From NCBI GenBank assembly GCA_001179505.1, contig CDMY01000457.1, positions 9,347 to 73,346 on the forward strand: a DNA stretch of 64,000 bases, given 5' to 3'. Source of the DNA: Vitrella brassicaformis CCMP3155. Lineage: Eukaryota > Protista > Chromerida. Positions 36,383-48,353 of this stretch are shown one piece after another. A program made the translations under genes and the position numbers. Within the stretch, counting starts at the first letter, position 1; every line of letters begins with the position of its first letter. The notes under the pieces are model-generated. The model saw only the letters and a list, made by a program, of their open reading frames with translations. It was not told where the DNA came from and did no database searches.

Positions 36383-37820
36383 ATGGATCAGCTGGCTGTT
36401 GTGCGTGAGCTGCATCGCAAGCGGTACGAACTGCGGATGCAGAGCTCACAGGACGCCATCGACGACAGTTCCGACGTACCTGACGACTCCCCGCCGCGTT
36501 CCAAGACCGCATTCGACGCAACAACGCCACTGGTGGACGAGCGGACGGAATCCGGCGGCAAGTCGAAGGGAATAGATGTGGATGAGCACAACGTGGCTGG
36601 TGGAGAGCAAGCAGGGCAGGAGAATGTCCCTGCTGTTCCTGCTGGTGTCGGCGATTCGTATGACACTGGTGACCTGAGGCGAGCCGATGAGGTCTACCAG
36701 GAGCGGCTCATCGACAGTGGCTCCTACGATAGACATCACAAGTGGGTGGGTGAGGGCGACAAAACAATCTTGGCATCCGTGTGGTTCTTATTGCACGGTC
36801 TTTTGTTCCCTCCGTCGTCTTATCCTTGCAGGCAGGATGTCACGGTGATGGTCGACGGCAGATGGGAGCTGCGCTTCGCTCCCCGCTGCCGGCTCCATCA
36901 CCTGCTGGAGGCCATCATCACCCGCGCACAGCAAGAGGACTTCCCCTACCCCTACTCGCTGCTGCTGCACCACCTGGATCGCTTCACCCGCTCCCATCGC
37001 GAGCACGAGGGCGAGCCGCTGTCGCTGAGTGTGTGCGTCAAGACGAAAAGCAAGACGGAGGTGCTGCTCAACGACTACAACACGATGGGGGCACTGCCGA
37101 CCATCAGAGGGGTGGTGCACATCGTGTGCCGGCCAGCTGAGGGAGTAGAGGAGACTGGAGGGGCTGTAGATGCAGGTGCGGTGCTGTAGATCAGACAAGA
37201 CAAGCACTCAATGAGTGTGTGCATGGCCATGTCCTTCATCTGTGTGGCTGTGTGTATCAGGCAAGGCCAAGCAGATGACGCCCAAGCCTGCCGAGCGACA
37301 CATCATGGCCCAGACCGCGGAGGACAGTGCAGCAGCAGCTGCTGCTGCTGTTCCTCTTGCCAAGCAGCCTGTTGATGTTGCCAAGGTGGGAGGTGCTGCC
37401 AGCGGCCCCGCTGCTGCCATCCCTCTCAAGGGCGCTCCGCTGCCTGTGCGCGAGACCGCCGAGCCTCAACACATCATGCATAAGAGTGAGCACATTCATT
37501 CACGCATACATGGGTGGGTGTGGGAGCGCATCGTTCACCTGTGCGGTCCTCCTCCTTGTTGTGGCTGTTCAGGCCCGTCGCCCCCTTCGTTGTCGCCTCC
37601 CCAGCCCCCCCACCAGCGCCCCTTCCGCCCCGCCATGCCCCTGTACGCACCAGCACCGGCCATGATGCCCGGCGTGGGCCACTATCCTCCTGCTGCGGCG
37701 GCGGCCCGCCCGCCTGCAGCCAGTGGGTTTGTCTACGCGCCTGCGCCGTACCCCATGCGGCCGCCCTATGGCTACCCGCATCACCAGCACCACTACCAGC
37801 ACGGACATTGGCGGGGGTAG
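36383..37820 (+). CDS. Hypothetical protein with a small globular central domain and a Pro/Tyr/His-rich tail
   Basis: ATG at 36383; long C/G-ending-codon ORF with GT-AG introns; central segment DVTVMVDGRWELRFAPRCRLHHLLEAII...GVVHIVCRP; stop at 37820. Confidence 0.55.
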
Positions 37821-38544
37821 AGAGGGGGACGATAAGGGGCGCTGGGTGGGGGGGTGGGTGGACTACTCGACTGGTCGACTGGTTGAGAGATTGATTTGAC
37901 AGCTTCTGATGTAGGTGGGGGGCAGATGGAGCAGTGGATGGCATGAAGGTGTGTGTGGACGGTTTTCTTCTGTGTGAAGACGTGGTGGTCGTCAATGTTC
38001 ATGTGGACTCGATGGATGAATGCTATGGATGAATGACGATGGAAGAGGAACAATCTGTTTGCCAATTCGACGAGAGAGAGCTACACGATCGTTTCGGTCT
38101 CATGCAGCTAGGTACAAGTACACGCCAGCCAGTCAGACAGAAGTGCCCTCAGACTTCTGTGTGCATCAACACACACCGATCCCGCCCTCCCTCAGATGCT
38201 GGTAAAGAAAGCGCCCGACAGCCACGACGCACAGACAGACAGAAAGAGAGGCAGGCAGGCAGGGAGAGAGAGAGAGAGAGAGAGGAGGGAGCACTATGAA
38301 TATGAATGAGTATGTATGTACACATGGATACATCAACCATACATCCGGCAGCTGGTCGGTATACAGAAAGCGCACACATGCTTCGAAACACATGCAATGG
38401 AATGCGATGATGGGCAGAAAGCCATAAAGGCTGCCAACGGATGACACGATGCCCACACACGACAGCAATGCTCTTAAACCCACCAAGTATTCCGTCACAC
38501 CACATCCCCAACATCGATCGACCCACAGTTGATGGATCGGTCGG

Positions 38545-41500
38545 TCACGAGAATATGGCGTTGGTCCAGCCGGTGAATACCTGCCGACACAGAGGGCACT
38601 CGGGAGGGTTCAGATTCTGCGCACATTGCTGGCAGATGCAGAAGTGGCCACAGGGCTGCAGCACCACCGACCTCTCCGTCTCCTGGCACACTTGGCACTC
38701 GGTGGCCTCCTCTCGCGCCCTCTGGGTGCTCTGCTGCATCTCCTGCCGCATTTGCTCGCGCAACTCGGCTTCACCCCTCTCGCGTGCCCTCTGCTGAACC
38801 CTGGCGATGAGTGCCGCGAGTCGGGGCAGCTCAGTCGTCATGATGGCCGTCTGGCGGTCCGTGAGCTGCATGGCGAACCCGCTCAGCTCAGCCTCGGTCG
38901 TCAGGCCCTCGAAGGTCTCAGTCAACCTGAACGAATGACACACACATCACATCAAATCAAACCAAATGGCATGCACTCGTGTCGCCCGCTTCTGGGAGTG
39001 GGTGCTGACTTGTCGATGTGGTTGCTCCGCAGCTCATCTAGATCGGCCTGCAGCGCACGATTGGCCTCGCCAAGGCTGACAAACGAAATGGGAGATGAGC
39101 GTCATGGCGTTCTGTCAAAGTGTGCGTCAGCCCGTCGCCCACCTGGCGACCTCCTGTGCCTGCGATGCATTCTCCTGTCGGAGTGACGCCTCCCTCTCTG
39201 CAGCAGCACTGACACGCAATGAAACCAACAACAAACATAATGAGTCTCATTACATTGCTCGTTAGTGTATGTGGCTGACCTCTTGTGCCGCTCCAAGTGG
39301 TGCTGCAGCTGACCCATCTCGGCCGCCTGCTGCTGGTTGAGGCGCTTCTCGCGATCGATGTCACTGTACATACACAGACGGTGAGGCGCTGCATAGGCCT
39401 TGCACCACTCCTGTATACACATCAAACCTGGTAAGTCGCCGGTGCTGCGCGCAATGGACCGCATTGGCTTGACGCATGTCAGCCTGGAGCTGCTCGTTGG
39501 CCGCAAGGGCCGCCGCAAGACTCTGCTCGCTGGCCATCTGAGCCTCACGCAACCTGCATACGACGCACAAAGGAGGGGAGTGACAATAAGGATGGATGGT
39601 CGGGTGTTGTGTACCGGTCGCTCTCCTCATTGGCGGTATTGATCTGCTGCTGGGCAGCCGCCTCTCGCTGCATTGCCTCACGCCTGCAAACGACACGACC
39701 CCTTCATGGATGCTTCTATATTCCTTTGTGACCACTCCCTATTCTTCTCACCGCATTGCCTCTATCTGGCGCTCCAGTTCAGCAACTCTGACAGACAAGC
39801 ACACATCATAACAGCATGTCTCATCGAGAAATGTGTGGCCACAGCGATGCGCCTTTCACCTGGCTCCCATCGCGTCAGCACCCTCTCCATCATGCCCACC
39901 GAGATGCCCCACCGACTCTCCGACCATCCGTCGTCCCTCGTGACCAGGCAGCAACGCATCGAACTCCCGCCCGCCATGGAGAGGCAGCTGCAGCCATGAC
40001 GGAGGCTGCAGAGACTCACTGGAGGCGCTCGCAGCGGCGGCAGCAGCAGCAGCGGGAGATGCGGAATAGAAGAGGCTGTCGTGGGACTCGCTCGGGGCAT
40101 TGGAGGGCGTTTCCAGCAGCCCTTCAGCGAGCTCAAGATCGTCATCCACCTCTCCCTCTCCCTCTCGCACAGACGGGCTGCTGTCCTCCAGAAGATTTGA
40201 CGCTGCAGCCGATGAGAAGGGGCCAGCCGGTGCAGCAGGGGCAGCCCGTGGTCTCTTGTTCTTGGGTCGTCGCTTCTTCTTGGCCCTCTTGCCGCTCTCG
40301 CCCCCGTGCTGACCGCCCCCACCATGCTGCTGCTGGTCGTCATCGCTCGACACCGGATCGCCGATCGACCGCAGAAGATCCTTCTCGCTCTTGCGTGCCG
40401 CCGCCTCCTCAGCAGCCATCTGAGCACTAACGGCCTCGTCGGTCGTCTTGTCGGCTTGGCGCTTCATCCGGCGCTCCTTCTTGGCCTTGAGCTTCTGCTT
40501 GACCTCCAGTCTCTCGCGCATCTCCTCGCGCATCATGTCGCAGCGGCTCTTGGGCGTTGCAGCCTTGCCGGGCTCCTCGCCTGCGACAAATCTCTGAAGC
40601 GCATCTGTTAGAGTAAAAGGAAGCCGCAAACTGCGCGATGGGTTGGGGTGAAGCTTGAAGCTGGTGTTGTGTTAATGCACCTACCGATCTCAGTGATCAG
40701 CGCCCTCTGTTCGGTCGCGTGCTTAGTGATCTGTGCAGTGAGGCTGGTGATCTTACCGTCGATGGTGCTGGTGTCGCCCTTGTCGGCCTTGGACGCCACC
40801 GCATTCTCCTTTTGTGCCTTGAGGTCTGTGAGCCTGGCCTGCAGCGTTGGCAGCAGCTCCCGAATGACCTGCAGCCGCTTCTTCTTCGCCCCCATATGAG
40901 CTATCTTCTGCTGCAGCACCTCATCACGGTCCTGCATGGACAGGCGGCAGTCACAGACACACACACAGTATCATCGATAGGTGGACGGACAGATGGGCCG
41001 CGACGGCAGACCTTCTCCATGACGGCAGGCTGCTCGCCCTTCTCATCCGACGCCTGCACGTGGTCGCAACAACACAGTGACCTGCTTCTCATCCGATCTG
41101 TCTGGTCCATTCACTTCTGTGCGTGTGCGTACCTACCCTGCGGTCGTCGGGGGACGCCCCTGGCACTATTTGCCAGCCGAGGTCTGGACACAGAGAGGAG
41201 CGGCATGTCCGCTCCACCCCTAGCCCTTGGTTTGTCACTCACCAGCAATGTCGGCGTGTGCTGTGTCGACGTCGTCTTGGTAATCCGCGAAGTGCTCGAG
41301 CTCCGCCACACAGGCACAATATCTGTGCCAGTCAGCCGCAGTCACGGAGAAGGGGTCCTCAAAGTAATGGAGCTCGGGGCCGCATACGCTGCTCATGTAC
41401 AGCTTGAGCAGCGTCAAAGCCTCCTCCTTTGCCCTCTGCCACCACCCGAGAGGATTCATTGAGTCGTAGGACCGCACCAGGACCTCGCAAAGGTGCTTGG

Positions 41501-44500
41501 GAAGGCGGGATGAGGGATCGACGTAGTGGGAGTCAGGGACAGACTGCAGCTCTGCATGGCGAACAGACAGGGAGGTAGGCCGGCAGGTGGGCAGAGGCAG
41601 GTGAGCTAATTTACTTGTGAGGATGACCGGCTCTTCGTAGTCGAATCGCCCGTTGATCGACGCGATCATCTCGATGACGGTCCGGATGACGTCAGGGGTG
41701 CTGGGATCGACGAGAGGCACATCTGCACCGGACAACAGGCACAACCGCATAGTCGCACAAGCTGACATGCTCTGTTTGCACATTCACGTACTCGTGAGGG
41801 CTAGCACGAATGGCGGCTTGCATCTGATGTGCTTCTCCGTGGCCTGCAGCCTCTCCTCCCTCGTCTCGCGTGCCGCCCTCCGTCGGTCCTCCTCAGCTGC
41901 GTCTGCTGGTGGCGGCAGGCGGGCGTCATCGGCCGCCCACTGACGCTCGGTGACACTGCGCGCATCGACTAGCTCACTCTCGCGCGCAGCATGGGCCTTG
42001 CCGACGGCTTCTCTCAACAATGACGTAAAGCGGCTAATCGACAGGATCCCTCCGGTCCACAGGAACCCTCCGCGGATGAGCCTGCCGAGCGAGTCAGATG
42101 CTGACAAACACACAGAAAAGGAGAGAGGTATGGGCACCGCGGGAGTGGGATGGATGTGGTTACGCACCATAGAGGCCGAGGACCGACAGCGTGAGATTCT
42201 TGACGGCGAATGTAAGGAGGGCCTCGGTTGTGGTCGCACTGGCATCCAGATGAAAATCCCTGAAACAACCAACACACTCCCACATGCTGGTCGCCTGTAT
42301 AGCTGTGTGTCTTACTTGAGTACGGCTCGATTCGGATTGGTCGCGAGGCCACTGGTGGCTGCATGCACGACAATGTCGGCAACGCTCGAAGGTTCCAGTC
42401 CCTCCACAAAAGTGGAAATCATGGTGAGGCGCGGAGTCGACACGGTAGCAAAGAAGCGCCGTAGCGCACTCTGCAGACAACTGGCCTGCACTAGCTTGTC
42501 AGCGTCGTTGCACTTGGCGCCGTCAGAGTCGACCGACACAAGGAGCTCGAGCTTCGCAAACGATCGGCCACACAAGCCCTGGAGGGGAACGCACCCACAC
42601 ACGCAACCATGTCCCCACCCGTTCCCGCAGACAGGCCTGAGCTCGATTCTATTCCCCACCTCGAGCAGACTGAGATAGGAACCAAATGACATCGAACAGA
42701 CGGTGACAAACATCATCCTGAGGGGAAAGCACCGCATGAGGAGTGACGGATTTGTTGCCCTTCCCTCTTGTCCACCTCTCGCTTGCTCACCTGAGTCTGC
42801 TGAATGGCCTGTCCTTCGTGCTTGTCCTTCCGACGTCCGCACCGCCTCTGTGTTGCTGGTCCGCTGCTGGGCCCGCTGACACTGCAGCCGATGAGGTGCT
42901 GGGGGTGCGGGTCACGTCACGTGATGACGACTCTGACGGGGGAGAGGGACTGTCACTACTGATGTCGCCCGTGCCGTCCCGGGCGACCTTGAGCAGAGCG
43001 GCCAGTCGGTGAATAAAAGGAGGGCTCATCTTCCCTTGGGCGAGATTCAGGACCTCCAATGAGGGCAGGCGGCCGATGGCCTGGGCCAATCGGGCGCACT
43101 CGTCATCAGGCAACTCACGTAGATCCACACCTGAACGACAGCAGGTATTCACGCAGTATCGTCCTGTCCCAGAATGCTATCAGAAGCTGCATCTTCACCA
43201 CTGAGTCACCCGTCACTTGCAGTTCGGTGAGTTTGTCGGCACTCTCAAGGAAGCTGCTCAGGTCACTGACGTCATCGGCGGTCGACGAGCACTCCCACTC
43301 GATCGGTAGCAGAAGCATCGCCTCGGATGAGTACCTGACGGGTCCAGTGATCCAACCGCAAGCGCACGTTAGCCCCCGCCACCCCGCTCACCTTGCCAGT
43401 GATGCCGTCAGCGTCCCTTGGTCGGTCACGGTGAACTCGGCCCTCGACACCATCAACTCGCGGCACCAAGACGGTGAGATGCGGCCAGGCGCACGGACAG
43501 GACACAATCTAAATGCACCCCATACACACGACATTTGATGTCATACGATTTGATGTGATGTGCTATGTGCTTACGCCTTGAGCAGACTTCGGCATGAGTA
43601 CGCGAACCGGCGGACTAGACTAGCGGTGAACTTCCTAGGACGACTCGTGTAGATGAGGTGGAGGATCTTCTTGTCGGACAACAGCTGGACCACAGGATTC
43701 TGTGAGAGAGAACGCACAACGAAAGTTGGTGATGCCGTCTCCTCCTTTTCCCTCTGTCCTTCGTGTGCTACCTTCATGTTGCGTTGTCGTGCTGCCTCTC
43801 GCTGCGGGTCGGCTTCCAATTGGACCAGCCGGTCGACCGTTTCCTGAACATGATACACACGTCTGGAGGGCCGCGTCAAGCTGTGACTTTTGGACGTACA
43901 GAGAAGTACCATCTGGCGGCGCAAACGGCCGATATGGTCCAAAACCTACACACACACGCACGCAATGTGCATACGTGTGTCACTGTTGCGGCTCCTCCCA
44001 GTCACCTACCTCTTCGAGAACGTCTGGCGACGCCGCCGTCAGCGACAAGAAGGACGCTTCCATCTACACGTACACACACACACACGACAGCAGCCGGATG
44101 GGTGCACACAGCGTGGCACAACTGATAGGCATGATCCCTTTCATACCTGTATGCACTGCCTGGCGATTGGGTTGTCTTTCCACTCTCCGCGCAGCACCCG
44201 TCGAGAACCGTATCTATACCACATCACATGTCATTCGCCGGCGAAATCACACGGATGGCGAAATTGTCTGCAGGGCACCTACGCGCTCAATTTTCTCAAG
44301 GTCAACATGGCTGCTGTGCAGACGAAGGTTGTGGTGCTCAATCTCCACTCCTTGGTCGCGGCTCTCGCTATCAAGGTCCCCATGAGCACGAGAATGCCGT
44401 CACACGCGGCATACTGAACGCCAGCAAAGACCAGAGCGGAAAGTCCACACAGACAGATGTGCGTTATAACGTTTGCTGACCTCAACACGATCCACCATGG

Positions 44501-46138
44501 TGTTGATCAGGGCTGCGCAGCTCTCTACGACAAATGACCCGCACATGTCATCCTTGGTCAATCTGTCATTCTGCAGAATGGCCATCGCTCCCGACAGGAA
44601 GGCCGTTTGCGATAACTTCTCCTTGTGGCCCACATCTGGACATGTGCACACACACACACACACACACGACATCAAGAAGGCAATATATGGGACGGACCAT
44701 CAACAATCATATGATGCTCACCAGCCATCGCCAATGCCGGTGTCAGACACCACCAGACCTCCATAGGGCTCCAATCGCAGGGGGCATGCTCATGCAGTGC
44801 GGCACCCATCTTGCTCAAGGCAGCAGGACGCGCTAAGACACTGCGACACATCGACACCAACGCTACACACACAGAGACACACAACTTTCTCGGGTCTCTC
44901 CATACACTGGTCCAGTTCCATGTGTCGCGCACTTGAATGACAGCATAAGCGGCGGTGCGCGCCAATGAAGACGCCGCCCAACAGCCGAGACGTCCTCGAT
45001 ACGACCAGGCGATCGCTGCTGACTGCAACAGTCTCAGCGAGCGAGTCGATGTGGCTCAGAATGTGCTGCCGCAATGCCTCCCTCAGATGATCCAGAGACA
45101 TTCCTGAGCGATGCACAGGCACACACACAGACAAGTGAAAGACGGCAAGACGCTTGCCCGCCCACCCATATGACCACCCACCTGCGGCCATCCAGCCGTA
45201 CATTGCATAAAGAGCTGCATCGAAGACCTGGTCCGCTAGTGTCCGCCTCTGCATCGCTGCGTCCGCCAGAAGACTAAACAGCGGCCGCCATCCCGCGCCA
45301 AATCCATACCCAGATCGAAAAAGCCACCCAAGGAAGGACGCCGCTGCTGCTTGGTGCGATGGCTCATTATCGGCGAGAAGGAGGCCAACCGCTCTGTCGG
45401 CAAGGGACGGCTCTGACCCCTGTGTGGGGGCTGCCTTCTTCCTGACTAGCGACTGCCGAAATTGAACGTATAACGGATGACCAGCGGGCAGAGGGGCCAC
45501 TTCTTCTCGGATCTTGTCAACATGGTCGACGAACACATCGACCTCCCCACGAGCCAGAGCGTCAAGGGCGGCTTCCATTGATGAAACAACCGCAGAGCGC
45601 TGAGATGCTGCCCCCTCTGCACCACCAGATGTTCTCACGCCGATGGGGGATGGAGCTGCGGACCGCGGCTCAGCTTCGTCGAATAGCCGCGGGCTGCTGT
45701 GCCGGTCTGCATCATGTCTGTCAGCCACTCCCTCGCTGTGAGAAGACGCCGCTACACATGCTACGGTAGCATCACGAGCGGAGCACAGGCTGGCAGCAGC
45801 AGACTCAACGACTGACGGATCGATAGCTGCCGATGGGTGCAGAGCTGGCACTTTATCATCCGAAGAGGAGGCCAGCACGCCGTCGATTGTGCATCCAGAG
45901 CCCGAGCGGGCCTGCCGCGCGTTGGCTTTGGGTTGCTTCTTGGGTGGAGCGGGGGCGGGGACGGAGGGAGGGGGCGGGTGGGAGGGACTCTCGGACGGCT
46001 GCTGCTCTGATGCCGCTGCTGCGACCATTGGCGATGGGTTGATGCTGCTGGTGAGGTCGACGGCTTGCTGGTGCTGCTTCTGCATCAATGAGGAAGTACT
46101 GGAATCAACAGACGTAGAAGGGAACTGATCCTGAAAAT

Positions 46139-46184
<46 letters not shown>

Positions 46185-46786
46185 CCTCACAGGCATCCTT
46201 GGGTGCACTCCTGCCTTCGTGGCTGTCTGTATACCGGTGTGGTGTCGACAATGGCATCTGAATCATCTACAGGCCCACCGCCATGTCTCGCCCCCTCCAT
46301 CATCCCAGGACAGCCTCCCTGCTGCTGCATCGCCACGCCGCACACGGCTGGTGGTGAGGATATGGGGCAGAGTCGCATAGACTGCGCATGACGGGCACAT
46401 GGCCGCTGGTGTCGCTGCTGGTGGTGGTCCTGATGTGTGTCGATGGCCTCACTGAGGAGCACCTCTGTGAGCACCTCCGAGCAGAGCTGCCGCGACTCAG
46501 CTTCGTCGAAGAGCTGTGGGCCGCCGTCAGTCGCAAGGGTGCTCTCTTGGCGGGGAGATCCTCCTGCTGGTTGGGCAGACGACGCACTAACTGCACCGAC
46601 ACCAAGGTCGCTCCCAGACGATTCATCGCCGCGCCGCTCACTCCCACCAGATCCCTCCTCTGCCGACGTGCCCTTCATATGCATGTGTTGCTGTTGCTGT
46701 GGTTGCTTCTGTTGGTTCGCGGACGTGTGGTCGGGGCTGCGGTCTGCCGCCGTGTCGCTGAAGGCCAGCCCTTCTTCGGCCTCCAT
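38545..46786 (-). CDS. Giant multi-exon protein: low-complexity N-terminus, helical repeat-like region, LRR-like segment, coiled coils and a C-terminal C3HC4 RING (putative E3 ligase)
   Basis: RING CQVCQETERSVVLQPCGHFCICQQCAQNLNPPECPLCR at about 38570-38690; LRR-like LAQAIGRLPSLEVLNLAQGKM at about 43030-43110; coiled coils at 39.0-40.9 kb. Same-strand exons run continuously to ATG 46786. Some junctions were not resolved, so it could be two genes. Confidence 0.65.
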
Positions 46787-46970
46787 GGACACAAGCGCTC
46801 AGTCGACTATCTACCTGAATGAGTCAGCGCCAAAACAGACACACACGATAGAAGCACAGGTTCATGGTCCTTGTTTCACGCGCCGCACTTACAGTGAGCC
46901 TTGGCGGCCGTCAATTGGAAGATCTCGGACACAATCCGTCAGAAGGCAACCACCACAGCTGCGCAAAGGC
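46774..46970 (-). promoter_or_regulatory. Second copy of the shared 5' module (see 10755-10951)
   Basis: Same 54-nt identical block, donor and start-codon context. Confidence 0.8.
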
Positions 46971-47611
46971 ACTTCTGCGCAGGAATTCACCTGGCAAAAA
47001 GCTCGCATTTCGGGCTCTTTCGGTGCCGAAGCAATATTGACCCGAAGCGATCATATGCCCATTCATTCGTTCCGGACTGCAGTCTTTGTCAATGTTCCCT
47101 CTGCATCATGTTCCCATATCGATCAACCAGACGGACAGACAGACAGTCACCCATGTGTGGTTGCTGTGAGTCAAATACCTCTGCGAGACTGATTGAGTCG
47201 AGTGCCAGAGCTTCTCCTGCACCGACTCAATCAGACCTGCAGCAGTACCGGACTCACGGCAATCTGCATGAGCGGAAAAAGCAAACGGTCCTTTCCATCC
47301 CTTCCTCCCATGACACGACGACAGGCAGCCAACACGAGAGTCCATCCAATGCCCTTGCTTGCTCGGGTGCATCCCTCCCTCCCTGTCCGCGTGTGTGTTG
47401 TGTAGTTAGTGTACAAGAGATCCGACCAGCCGAAAGGGAAGCCCGCGAATACAGAAATGGGTAGTGGTCTCCCCTTCCGTCTCACTCAGTCGCGCCTCGT
47501 GCGTGGGTCTTAAATACACCTACCTGGTCTCTCTCTCTCTCTCTCTCCAGTCAGCGCATCACATCCATGCAGCCATCCATGCGTGGCAGCACTCGACGGA
47601 TGGATGACTAA

Positions 47612-48163
47612 TTACACGACAGGCATACACGACGCCATCTGACCTTCCCTCCCCGCCCCTGCTCGTCGCCGCAATAGCAGCCTATGTGTATACGGCACGC
47701 AAAAATCAAGGCGACTGGAACCAAATCGAACAGCCAGCCAGAAGTATATAGCATTTATCCAGTCAGGCAATTCATTTCCATACGTGTGCATCAACCGGAA
47801 TAGGATGGTCTCGCCGACCGCGCCCATAGTGACTGGGCTGCCCACGTCACCTCCCTGTGAAGCTGGTCGGCATCACAGGGGTCACGTCGGCTACTCCGTT
47901 CACACAGCCACGCTCGGCGAGCCATGTTCCGTCAAACGTCACACAATGGATCGACCAGAGAAGCAACACAACAGACAGTGGCACTTGTGACACGACCTCC
48001 TCGCCCGCTTCAAAGGCACCCTTAGAAGCCCGCAGCACCGCGCACGTGTATGTATGTATGTACACCTGTCTCTCTCCATCCATCCATCCACGTGCGCCAA
48101 GGCAACAGAAAAGCAAAAAGCATATGGTGCAGGCAGCTGGTAATAGTGAGCGGAGGAGGCCAA
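47612..48163 (-). other. Possible small spliced ORF of unknown function
   Basis: Protein-like stretches GAFEAGEEVVSQVPLSVVLLLW... and AVGETILFRLMHTYGNELPDWINAIYFWLAVRF; no clear ATG or family. Confidence 0.2.
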
Positions 48164-48353
48164 GAAAAACGACGAGTGTGCACGCGTCTCAGCGAAAACT
48201 AACAGACCCCATCACATCCATCCATCCATCCAGTCATCCAATCGACCTACGATCCGCCAGCCCCTCTGTCTCTTGTCTACACTACATCACCCCACCCACC
48301 CTCCCATCGTCCATCCGAGTGACTATCTATCAATCAATCAGCTAGCTGGTCAG

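Noticed and set aside
47612-47845. GETILFRL resembling the CPBP/CAAX-protease EExxFR motif
   Set aside because: Lacks the EE pair and downstream His motifs; too short to support.
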